Made by a program: the position numbers and the translations under genes. Below are positions 39,299 to 51,545 of a stretch of 64,000 nt of DNA, piece after piece. The DNA comes from Tubulanus polymorphus (Eukaryota > Animalia > Nemertea), in NCBI RefSeq assembly GCF_964204645.1, contig NC_134026.1, positions 12,894,050 to 12,958,049 on the forward strand. Direction: 5' to 3'. The notes beneath the pieces were generated by a model. It did no database searches. It was not told where the DNA came from and saw nothing but the letters and a program-made list of their open reading frames with translations. Position 1 is the first letter of the stretch, and the number at the start of each line of letters is the position of its first letter.

Positions 39299-41687
39299 AT
39301 GGAAGCAAATAAGTACTACTGTCCAACATGTAATATCAATATAGATAAATCCCAAAAAGCAAGACACAATAAAACTAAAACACATTTAGAGAATAAATTG
39401 AAACTAGAATATGAAGATGATATATTAGAAACTAAATTAGATGAATTAAAGAATGAAAAAGAAACATATAAATGTGATACATGTAATCAATCATTCAGTG
39501 ATAAAAGATATTATAAAGAACATTTAAAATCTAAAAGTCATATTAGAAATATGAATAATGATATTTTAGGTGAAGATTATTTTGATAAAGATAATGATAA
39601 GAAACAGAAGACAATTAAAAGTATAAAAAATAAATTAAACAATAAAAGACCATACATAGAAGATGTAAGAAAATATATTAATTCATTAGATAATAAAAAA
39701 GATATAGAGATAACCGAAGCATTTAAAAGTGATATTGGCCCAGCAGCTATCGAGTTGAAATTTCATAAAGGAAAAACATTAGAAGAAAATAAAAAACATT
39801 TAGAAAATATGAAAGAAATAATAAAAATAATAACTGATGTTGAATATCCTAAAATAAGTATTTCATTAAAAGTTAAATTCATAAAATCTGAAGATAAACC
39901 AATATATAATATAAATTCTCATTCACAACATATTATATATAATCAACATATAGATGATAAATTAGATAAATGTTTTAATGAAGTAAAAACTAAAATAGAA
40001 GAGAAATATTTTGAAGGATCTGGTTTAATATTTGATGAAATAATATTTATGACTTTACATGTTTATAACACAAAATATAATAAGTTAACTAAATCAAAAC
40101 CAATTGATGAAAATAACGTATCATATTACGTATCATAAGAACCAGATATTGAAGCATCGAGTTATATTAAACTACCATTTAAAACTAATGCTGTAATAAA
40201 TGTACAAAATGAAGATGATAAATGTTTTCTATGGGCTATAAAGAGTTGTTTACAACCAACAGAAGATATTACACATAGTTTTAGATTAACTCATTATAAA
40301 CAATTTGAAAATAATTATAAGATAGATAAGTATCCTGTTTTAATTAAAAACATCCCAAAAATAGAGAAGAGATAATAATATAAAGATAAATGTATTTGAT
40401 TTAATCAAATTACCAAATACAAAAGGTAACAATATAAAACATTATACATTAGAACCTTTATATCTATCAAAAGATTATGATTCAAATGATGTTATAGATA
40501 TACTATATTATGAGAATCATTACATGTGGATTAAACAAATCGATTAATTTTTTTAATCAGAAAATGATCACCATAAAATATATCTTTGTAGAAAATGTTT
40601 ACATAAATTCAGTAATGAAAGTACATTATTAAATCATAAACAATTATGTGAAAATCATGATTATTGTAAATTAGTTTTACCAAATGAAAAAGATAAAATA
40701 TTAGAATTCAAAAAATATGATTACAAAAATAAGGTACCATTTGTAATATATGGAGATTTTGAATCATTAAATAAAGAATTAACTGATCAAGATAGAAAAG
40801 AAATATATTATAAAAGAAAGAAATTAAATTCTAATGAAAATGATCTTTCAGATGAAACGCCAAAACAAATACTATTAAAAAGATTCATCAATCAGCTGCT
40901 GCTTTCGGGTTATATATTAAATCTGATTATCCAGAACTAATTAAAAGTGAATATTATGATTATAGAAATGAAAATGTTATCAATCATTTTTGTGACTTAT
41001 TAATTGAATATGAAATAAGATTTAGTAAATTATTGAATACAAATATAGAAATTATAATGACAGAAGAAGATAAAGAAAAATTTGCGTTTGCAGATAAATG
41101 TTATTATTGTGAAAAGATATTTAATTATAAAGATAAAAAAGTAAGAGACCATGATCATTTGAACGGAAAGTTTAGAGGCGCTGCACATGAGAATTGTAAC
41201 TTACAAGCTAATTAATTTTGTACCAGTTATATTTCATAATCTATCAGGATATGATGCACATTTATTTATCAAACAGTTATGTCATAAAATAGAAGAAATT
41301 AATAATGAAATAGAAAGATTAAATTCAAATAGATCAAAAGATAAAAAACCAACTTATAAATTTAGAATGTTAGCTAAAACATCTGAGAATTATATATCAT
41401 TCCAATTTGGGTGTTTAAGATTTATAGATTCGTATAGATTTTTAAATAGTTCATTAGATAACTTATCAAAATCATTAGTTGATGATGAATTAAAAATATT
41501 AAAACAACATTACCCAAATAATGATGATTTCCAATTAATGAGATATAAAGGCGCAATTCCATATTCATTTTATAAATCACATAATGATTTCAATATATCT
41601 GAATTATTAAAAGAACAATTCTATGATGAATTAAAAAATGAATATGTTAAAGATGAAGTCTATAATAGAACATTGAATATTTGGAAT
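39299..41687 (+). pseudogene. Polinton pPolB, paralog A copy 2 (N-terminal two-thirds)
   Basis: Two N-terminal C2H2 fingers, EGSGL, SYIKLP..NEDDKCFLW, YGDFES (ExoI), endonuclease VII-like CYYC..RDHDHLNGKFRGAAHENCNL, FHNLSGYD (ExoII). Frameshifted and truncated. Confidence 0.92.
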
Positions 41688-44600
41688 TAGTATGTAGGCG
41701 TCGGTATTTTTTTTTGATTAATGGGAACCCAGAATTGAACGTTCCATCATCTGTTGATAAATCATAAACATAGTCAGTTGGGTTATAAATTTCAAATAAA
41801 TCTTTAACTTCTTCTGTTAATTCTTTTTCTACATGCCTTAAATTAAAACAATTTGGTTTAGATTTAATTAATTCTATATTCATATTAAATCCTAATGAAC
41901 TGCATAATATATTTAATCCTGATATAGCAACTTTTCCTTTCTGTGCAAAGGTTATCTTTTTATCCTTTGTAAATTTTTTAGTGCCATCTGCGGCATAGAA
42001 TCCAATGAAGAACCACTTTCTTAAATAATTTTTTGCATTTAATACATAATCTGGTACTATCTTTTCTTTAGTTGAAGTATTACTTTTCACTATTGCATGA
42101 ATATAGAATTCATCATTATATTTCATAGCAAAATCTTTAGGATTATTTACAAGTATTCTATAAACTGCTGATGATTTCATAACATCCATGATTCTAAATG
42201 TTTTATGTGAATAAACTTCTTCACAGAATTTCTTAATTCTTTCTAATAATTTCAAGTCTTGATTGCATAAATACCAACAATATTTATTACCCCAAACATA
42301 ATTATGCACACCTGCTGAACCATCACCCATGAAAAATCCTTTGATAGAATATTCTTTTTCTTCTAATGTTTCGGGTTCTATATTATAAATATTATCAATA
42401 ATTTCATCAAATGACATATGATTCATTCTTTGGAAAAATCTTTTATGTAATAATTCATCTCCAATTTTTATATCAGTTGGTTTTATTTCATCGCCATTTC
42501 GTTTAATTAAACTATGATCTTCTGTAACATCTACAAATCCTAATTTAGTTCTGACTCTATAGATTTTCTTATTTGTTTTATGTCTAATAATATTCTTTTA
42601 TTTTTTCCATCCATTTCTTGTCCAAACATCCATTAATCCATTTATTTGTATTAATTCTTTTTCACCATATGAAATATAACTTTCATTTTGTTTTGGAATT
42701 ATTTCTGAAATTCTTCTTATCAATATTTTATCATTACATTTTAATAATATTGGGGTGTCAGCTGTTACAGAATCAAAATATAATATTTCAATATGCTTTT
42801 CCCCAAAAAGTGGTTGTAAAACATTATAATAAAAATCATACATTAATAATTTTGATACTTCTAAAACAGTTGAACCAATGAATATAGGTTTATTAAATTT
42901 CATTGACGTTCTTTTTAATTTAACTGCTGTTAAATAATCTTCAAATCTTTTATTTCCTAAATGTCTAGGACTTGATTGTAAATGTCTTAATCGTTCAGAA
43001 TTATTTACTAATTCAATATCATTTCTATTTCTAATATTTTCACATGTTTTACCATAAAAACTATTATTCATTAATTTGAAGTAATCTTTTTCAAAATCTG
43101 TTTTTGATATGGTTCTCTGTTGAGTATTAAAATCTATATATTTTTCTAACCACTTCGATTGATTAAATTCAATATATCTATGTACTTTCTTTAATTTCAT
43201 TCCTTGTTTTAGATAAAATTTTAACATTCTATAATGAACAATATAATTGTATTTATTATTTTGAGTAAGTATTAATTTTTCTGTAAAAACATGATCTTTC
43301 GGTTTTATTTTCTTCTGGTATTCACTTAAATAACTATCATCTACAGTTAAATGTTCTGGGCAATAAGGTAAGTTTCTTGTTTTAAACTTTATATTTTCAG
43401 GATATTCTAAATCAACTACAAAGAAATAACCGATTGGTGCTTCATCTTCTAAACTCATAATTGCGCTTTCCCAATTAGTTTTATCACCATTTTCAACTTC
43501 TGTTAGTATAAAATTTTTATATGGTTGAGGTTGCATCATTGCCCAACCATATAAATTATTGGCGTCAATATATAATAATTTATATTCATCATTTGCTTTA
43601 AAATACCATAACACCACTAATTTCACCTCTAATTCATTTTTCAAATAATAAAACCATATCTGGTTCTTTTAATAAATCTAATTCTACATTTGTATATTTT
43701 AAACCACATTGCCAGGTTAAACCAGGACTAGAGTAGCAATAACAAGGATCAACATTAAAATGATTCAAATTAACTTCTCTAAATTTTTCAAATATGTCAG
43801 CCAATATCATAACATCTGATTTTAAATATAAATCAACTAATTCACCATGATTTTTCATCTTAAAATGGTTCCAAATATTTAATGTTCTATTAAACGCTTC
43901 GTCTTTCACATACTCCTCTTTTAATTGGTCATAAAATTGATCTTTTAATAATTCTGTTACATTAAAATCATTGTGTGTTTTATAAAATGAATAAGGAATT
44001 GCGCCTTTATATCTCAATAATTTAAAATCTTGTTCATTTGGATAATAATATCGAGTTATAACAAAATCATTATCAACTAAACTTTTTGATAAATTATCTA
44101 ATGAACTTGCTAGAAATCTATAAGAATCTAAAAATCTAATGCAACCAAATTGAAATGAAATCTAATTTTCAGATGTTTTAGCTAATAGTTTAAAATCATA
44201 TTTTCTTACATTTACACCATTCATAGCATTATATTCTTCTATTTCTTGATTAATTGCACCCAATTTTCTCGATAATTGTATAAATAGATGGGTATCATAG
44301 CCTGATAAATTATGAAATAATATTGGTACGAAATTAACTTTCTTAGCTTGTAAATTACAATCTTCATGAGCAGCTCCACGATATTTTGAATTTAAATGAT
44401 TATGATCTCTAACTTTTTTATCAAATGAATAAAAACGTTTTTCACAATAACAACAATGAGTTGCATAATTATAATCAATTTCATCTTCTTTTGTCATATT
44501 TATTCTTTTATTTTTGTTTAATAATTTTGCAAAATCACTTTCTAATTCAATCATTTTGTCACAAAAATCATTAACTACATTTTCACCTCTGAAAGAAATA

Positions 44601-45988
44601 TATTGATTTTCATATAATTCAGGATAATTTGATTTTATATAAATTCCATAAGCCGCAGCTCTTTGATGAACTTTTTAAATTGTATTTATAATTGGTGGGT
44701 CTTGTATTGTGTCTTCATTTAATTCATTTCCTTTATCCATTGATTTTAATAATTGCTTTTTGTTATATATTTCTTTTCTATCTTGATCAGTTAATTCTTT
44801 ATTCAACGATTCAAAATCCCCATAAAATACAAATGGAACAATATTCTTAAATTTATGATTAGTAAATTTCAATTTATAATCTTTTTCTGTTGGCATTATT
44901 AATTTACAAAAATCTTTATTATCACATAATTCTTTATGTTTTATTAATGTATTCTCAGTCATAAATTTAGATAAACATTTTCTACATAGTTAAATTTTAC
45001 GATGATGATCACTTTCTGTTCTAAAGAATAAATCAATTTGTTTTAACCACATATAATGTTCATTTTCATCTTTTTTATAATATAACAAATCTATAGCATT
45101 TTCATCATCATAATATTCTGTTAAATATAAAGCTTCCAATGTATAATCTTTAATATTTTCACCTTTTGTCTTTGGTAATTGCATTAATTCAAATACATTT
45201 ATTTTTAAATTATTAACTTTTTCTATTTAAGGAATAATTTTTATAGTTACTGGATATTGATCAATTTTATATAATATTTCATATTTCCGATAATCTGTTA
45301 TTCTACAAACATTTTCCTGTGTTGGATGTAAGCAACTAATAATTGACCATAGAAAACATTTATTATCTTCATTTTGAATATTTATTACTGCTTTTGTTGT
45401 AAATGGTAATTTAATATAAGATGATGCTTTAATATCCTTTTCTGTTGTAAAGTTTGAATCATTTTTAAACATTTTATTACTTTTTGATGTTTTATTTCTT
45501 TTTGTATTATAAACATTTAAATCTAAATATATATTTCATTCAATGTTAAGCCAGAACCCTCAAAATATCTTTCTTCAATATGACGTTTAAATTCATTATA
45601 TATTTTTTCTAACTTCTCTTTTATTTGTGTTTTTGAAATTATTTCTTCAGAGAGTGTTTGAATATCATAATCCATTTTATCTTCTGACTTTAAAAAACTT
45701 ACTTTCCCAGAAATACTAATTTTTGGATATTCAAAACCTGTTATTAAATCTAGTATTTTTTCCATTATTTCATTAAATTTATTATAATCTTCTATTGTTG
45801 AACCTTTAAAAAATCTAAATATAATAGCTGCAGGACCAATTTTACTATGTAATGTTTCTAAAATTTCAATTGTATCTTTTATTTCTAGTGAATCGATATA
45901 ATTTCTAACATTTTCCATGTAAGGTTTATTTGAAATGGATTTAGTTTTTGAAGTTGGTTTTTTTACTTTTTGAGGTTTATCGTTTTTC
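41687..45988 (-). pseudogene. Polinton pPolB, paralog B copy 2 (intein-containing, frameshifted, truncated at both ends)
   Basis: YGDFES, RDHNHLNSKYRGAAH, FHNLSGYD, YLKSDV, motif A YIDANNLYGWAM, motif B KLMNNSFYGK, motif C YFD[intein]TDAY. Confidence 0.93.
41706..42771 (-). mobile_element. Intein with LAGLIDADG homing endonuclease (copy 2; TAA at 42598-42600, +1 A in the run at 41707-41715)
   Basis: Near-identical to 35065-36128. Ends FPLIKKN|TDAY after removing one A. Confidence 0.92.
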
Positions 45989-46687
45989 TGGCTGGTGTTC
46001 ATTCTCTCCCATTTATTAGGAAAAAAATTACTTGTGGTGATGAGTGGTGTCTCGCCCTCTCGTCCTCTGATCTGAAACCCACATCTTCCAATTACTGATT
46101 TCCATTGCACACAGACGAAAATATTACGCTATAAACTGAAATATAAATTTAGCCTAACGGCCGTGAAGGTTTGAAAGGTTTTTCCAAAATATCAAAGCAT
46201 TAAGGATTTCAAAGTGATATTGCAATACGTACTTTTTATGGGGTACCTCAAGGAACACACAATGGGATTCACCAAATAAAATATTTCGAGCGAGGCATAA
46301 GAATCAATGACAGATATATTTTCTGGAAAGGACTGGTCACGGAAATTATGTTTTAATCCTTTAGATGTTTGTCATTAATTGGTTTGTCATAAATTGATGG
46401 GTCCAAATGTACCGTGTTAAAACCACAATCAGCAAACATTTTCATTATTGCCAAAGACTGAAAATGTTCCATTGCAAACAAATTAAACAAATTAACAGAT
46501 ATTCATTTAAAAAATTCATTCAGTTGAACATGTAATTGTAAATAATTTTATCCTCCCTCAAGCATTGAAATGTTGGGTGAAATGGTGAAAATAAATCCAT
46601 TCTTTTCTTATTCTGTTCTGATCAAATATTTACTTGAGTTGCAGACATCGGCACGCACGTGGAACCGGGAGCCAGCTTCACAGGGGT

Positions 46688-47810
46688 AACCCTTCACTCT
46701 AAACCCTAACCCCTTTACCCTACCCCTCTAAACCTAACCCGCTAAACACTAAACCCTCTAAACACTAAATCCTAACCCTCTAAACCCTAACCCTATGAAC
46801 CCTACCCCCAAACCCTAACCCCCTAAACCCTTTCCCTCTAAACCTAAACCTCTAAACCCTAACCCAATAAATCCTAACCCTCTAAATCCTAACCCTCTGA
46901 ACCCTAACCCCCTGAACCCTATCCCTGTAAAACCTTACCCTATAAACCCTTAACCCTTACCATCTAAGCACTTAACCCTCTAAACAATTAACCCTATAAA
47001 CCCTAAACCATTACCATCTAAACACTTAACCCTCTAAACAATTAACTCCCTTAACCCTACCCCTCTAAACCTTACCCTCTAAACCTAACCCTCTAAACAC
47101 TGAACCCTCTAAAAACTAAACCCTAACTCTCTAAACCCTGTCCTTTAAACCCTAAACCTCTAAAGCATAACACCCTAAACCCTAACCCTATGAATCCTAA
47201 CCCTCTAAACCCTAATCCTCTAAACCCTGTCCCTCTAAACCCTAACCCTCTAACCCCTAAACCCTAACCCTATAAATCCTACCCCTCTAAACCCTAACCC
47301 TCTGAACCCTAACCCTTTAAACCCTAATCCTCTAAACCCTGTCCCTCTAAACCCTAACCCTCTAACCCCTTAACCTTATAAATCCTCACCCTCTGAACCC
47401 TAACCCTCCGAACCCTAACCGCCTGAACCTAACCCCTAAACCCTATTCCTCTAAACCTAACCCTCTAAACCCTAACCCTCTGAACCCTAACTACCTAAGC
47501 CCTAACCCTATAAATCCTAACCCTCTAAACCCTTACCCTCTAAACCCTAACCCCCTAAACCCTTACCCTATAAATCCTAACCCTTTAAACCCTAACCCCC
47601 TCTAAACCCTAACCCTATAAATCCAAACCCTATAAATATATTATTAAATATATATTATTATATATATTCAAATATATATAATAAAGCCCAATATAATATT
47701 ACTTTAATATAATTAATATAATATTTCTATCTCTTTAAACCCAAACCCTCCAAACCCTAAACCTCTAAACCCTATTCTTCTAAACCCTAACCTTCTAAAC
47801 CCTAACCCTA
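46688..47810. repeat. Degenerate telomere-like satellite (AAACCCTAACCCTCT-type ~15-bp units)
   Basis: Dense CCCTAA/CCCTAAA variants over 1.1 kb. Confidence 0.9.
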
Positions 47811-47811
47811 C

Positions 47812-48400
47812 TTTTCTAAAAGAAATGAAAGGATAGTAGAATAGGGGAGTAAAATAGTAGTATAGTAGGATAGTTAACTATTCTAAAAGAAAGTGAAAGG
47901 ATAGTAGAGTAGGGAAGTAGAATAGTAGAATTGTAGGATAGTTAACTATTCTAAAAGAAATGAAAGGATAGTAGAATAGTAGGATAGTTAACTATTCTCA
48001 AAGAAAGTGAAAGGATAGTAGAGTAGGCAAGTCGAATAGTAGAATTGGGGTGTAGAATAGTAGAATAGTAGAATAGTTAACTATTCTAAAAGAAATGAAC
48101 GGATAGTAGAATAGGGAAGTAGAATAGTAGAGTAGTAGAATAGTTAACTTTTTTAAAAGAAATGAAAGGATAGTAGAATAGTAGAATAGTTAACTTTTCT
48201 TAAAGAAATGAAAGGATAGTAGAATAGGGATGTAGAATAATAGAATAGTAGAATAGTTAACTATTCTAAAAGAAATGAAAGGATAGAAGAATAGTAGAAT
48301 AGTTAACTATTCTAAAATAAATGAAAGGATAGTAGAATAGTAGAATAGTTAACTATTCTAAAAGAAATGAAAGGATAGTAGAATAGTAGAATAGTTAATT
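47812..48400. repeat. Minisatellite with ~44-62-bp units (TAGTAGAATAGTTAACTATTCTAAAAGAAATGAAAGGA)
   Basis: About 10 units, each with the internal palindrome AGAATAGTTAACTATTCT. Confidence 0.92.
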
Positions 48401-48539
48401 ATACAACTATTATAAGATCCCGCACCATTATGTTCTATTATAGGTTCTGGTTGAGTTATTTTAGTGTCTGTTGGTACTTTTTGTATTATTGAACGAGGAA
48501 TTGATGGTAATAATTCGCGATCGTATCGTTCCGTTGGTT

Positions 48540-48798
48540 CTACTGTGCGTATAAATCGCCTGAATGTCCTTTGACTGCATTCAGATCTAAGGATGAATTT
48601 TTTCTACATGCTCTCTCAGCAGGCTCACTCTATGTGAATTGAATTCACACAGCGTGCTCTGGTCTCGGGTTTACATGTATTTTCTTTCCTTGATGATTTA
48701 TTTCTACAGTTTCTTAGATGCCTTCGCTTGTTCGTGCCTTCCGATAATGAGCGCATGCAGTATGAGCATTTCCACAATTTCTCGAAAGTAGGAGCCAT
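48540..48798 (-). pseudogene. ORF3 remnant of the second Gypsy family (tandem zinc fingers)
   Basis: ATG at 48798 gives MAPTFEKLWKCSYCMRSLSEGTNKRRHLRNC. After a frameshift, CEFNSHRVSLLREHVEKIHP follows. Same finger spacing and position as 21728-22597. Confidence 0.7.
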
Positions 48799-48829
48799 TT
48801 TCTTTAAGCTAGAAATATGAAATCACATT

Positions 48830-50720
48830 TCAGTTATCCAGCGGCGTGGCTTTCGGACTACCCGCCCCCTCTTGTTGTCTGGTCACTTGAGATCTCATAC
48901 TCTTCATCTTGAACTGTATATTCTTTGTTATTCTCCCTATCTTTAGTCGCCATGTATGGCTTTAATCTGTTATAATGTACTGTCTTCTCTACACCTTCGT
49001 CCGGCAATTGTATTCTGTATACTACATCGTTTACTTCTCCCTTAACTATACAGGGTCCTAACCACCTATTTGCCAATTTCTTTGATCGACCTTGTGGAAC
49101 TGTTGGATTAAATAACCAGACTAAATCATTGATTAGATATCTACTATCCTTCGTTCTAATATCGTAATTCTTCTTATTTCTTATAGCTCTACGGCCGGTA
49201 TGAAAACGTACTTCTTTGAACGCCAGTTCCAGACATTTACTCAAAGAAATGATATACGTGGTATAAGATTTCTCTACTTGAGAAGACGGTCCACCTACAA
49301 TCACATCGATTGGTAAATCTACCTCTCTACCAAGCATCAAGTGATTAGGAGAATAACCTGTGACGTCATGTTTCGTGGCTCTGTACGCCATAGTTACGTC
49401 AGGTAGGCACTCATCCGAATCTTCTTGATCATCATGGATTGTCATGGTCAAACAATTCAATAAAGTTCTATTAAATCGTTCGACCACTCCATCAGACTGT
49501 GGATGATACGCGCACGTTCTAGTTTTCTTTATTTCTAATAATGCACATAATTCTTTCATCAATCTAGATTGAAAGTTAGCACCTTGATCTGTATGAATTA
49601 TTCTTGGCACCCCAAACCTCGATATAAATTCTTCTACTAATTTACACGCTACGGTTTCTACGGACTTTGATCTGGTAAAGCATAAGCTAAAATAGTCACA
49701 AACTACTAACATATAGGTCATTCCATTGCGTGAAGTAGGCAATGGACCCAAAATATCCATGGCTATTCTTTCCATTGGAAGACCCACTCTGTATAACTGT
49801 AAGCTAGCTTTTGGTTTCACTGCCGGTGTCTTTCGAGCACCACATACAAAACAATACAAGCAGTGTGTTCTTACATCTTGCCGGATGTGATGCCAATAAA
49901 AACGGCCGTGCACTCTCGTTAAAATTTTACGAACTCCTAGATGTGCAGCAGTTATAGAGTTATGTAAACTGTGTAAAACTTCTTCCCTGTAATCTTTCGG
50001 TAATAATAGTAAAATGGATTCACTGAATCCTTCTCTCTGTTTACAGATATATAAAACATCATCTATAATCTGTAACTGTTGCCACATAGCCCAATAAAAT
50101 TTTGCGTCTTCGCCAATGACCCTCTGGAGCAAATTGACTATACGTATATTGAGTTTCAGTTATATCTTTTTCTGATAATAAGTTGTTTACTCTACTCTTT
50201 CTCATTTCATTACAGGTGCCCTGATTTTTTCTTGTTATACGATCGCATTGTGTGCACTCTTGTCTTGATAATGCATCGGCATTACCATGATTCTTGCCTG
50301 GCCTATGGATGATCTCAAAATCGTAAGTACTTAATACAGATATCCACCTTGCTATCTGTCCCTCTGGTTCTTTAAATGACATTAACCATTTTAAAGAGGC
50401 ATGATCTGTTCTTAAGGTGAAACGCTTGCCCATCAAATAGTATTTAAAATGCTTAATGAATGATACTACAGCCAACAATACTCGCCTCGTTACACAATAA
50501 TTTCTTTCAGGCTTGGCTAACGTACGACTTGCGTATGCTATCACCCGTTCTTTTCCATCCTGAATTTGTGACAAAACTGCTCCTATCCCCGTATTGCAAG
50601 CATCTATGTCTAGTATAAAATATATATTCGGGTCTGGATTTGCCAATATCGGTGCTGTCGTTAATAATTCTTTGGTATTTGTAAAAGCCGCGTCACAGTC
50701 GGTGACCACTTAAATTCGTA
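48830..50720 (-). pseudogene. pol: Second, degraded Gypsy pol fragment (RNase H and integrase)
   Basis: ILDIDAC..YASRTL..ERNYCVTRR..TDHASL; HLGVRK..CFVC; MDILGPLP, HTDQG, DGVVERFN. Frameshift near 50100; no LTR seen. Confidence 0.92.
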
Positions 50721-50964
50721 CCTCTCGTTTTCGTACCTCTTGTACCTATCTTGGATTCTTATTTTCTTACTTTCTTGGATTCTTACGTACGTCTAGTACA
50801 TAGATATATGAATTAATTTTATAATAATTATTCTAATTTTGTTTCTAATAAATTTATAAAGTCATCTTTGTTTATATCTAATCCACTGATATCTGTAGGT
50901 ATATTTATTAATTTTAGTTGAACCATCAGTTTATAATTATTATATATCTTAGCTTCTTTTCTTA

Positions 50965-51545
50965 ATTATGCCCCCGGCTCAACTTTAGCCGCCGCAAGTG
51001 ACGTTAACAGTCTAGAGGCTGCAATTGTTGACCGATTGTTTTAAAACTTGGTACACAAGTAGGATATCACTTGGGACAGAACCCTTTTTGAAATTGGATC
51101 GATTCGATTTAAATCATGGCCACCAGGAGGCCGACATTAAAAACGACGTTAACGGCCTAGAGGCCGCAATTGTTGACCGATTGTTTTAAAACTTGGTACA
51201 CAAGTAGGATATCAATTGGGCCAGAACCCTATTTAGAATTGGGTCGATTCGATTTAAATTATGGCCACCAGGGGGCCGACATGAAAAACGACGTTAACAG
51301 CCTAGAAGCCGCAATTGTTGACCGATTGTTTTAAAACTTGGTACACAAGTAGGATATCACTTTGGGTAGAACCCTATTTAGAATTGTTGACCGATTGTTT
51401 TCAAACTTAGTACACAACTAGGGTATCACTTGGAGTAGAACCCTATTTAGAATTGGGTTGATTCGATTTAAATTTTAGCCACCAAGGGGGGCCGACATGG
51501 AAAACGACGTTAACAGTCTAGAGGCCGTAATTGTTGACCGATTGT
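50965..51545 (+). repeat. ~145-bp tandem repeats, probably a HINE-like element fragment
   Basis: About four units starting GACGTTAAC..CTAGAGGC.GCAATTGTTGACCGATTG, following a TTATGCCCCCG start. Confidence 0.75.

Larger units (their letters stand above)
38415..46687. mobile_element. TIR-bounded segment inserted in telomere-like satellite and enclosing Polinton polymerase fragments
   Basis: 27-bp TIRs with one mismatch: ACCCCTGTGAAGCTGGCT(A/C)CCGGTTCC at 38415-38441 and 46661-46687. Same satellite on both flanks. TSD not resolved. Confidence 0.75.

Noticed and set aside
41687-41705. Deletion breakpoint 6 codons after the intein as evidence of homing-endonuclease cutting
   Set aside because: Occupied alleles are normally immune to cleavage, and the region has many unrelated breakpoints.
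46688-47810. True telomere
   Set aside because: The units are degenerate ~15-mers, internal to the window and flanked by other repeats.
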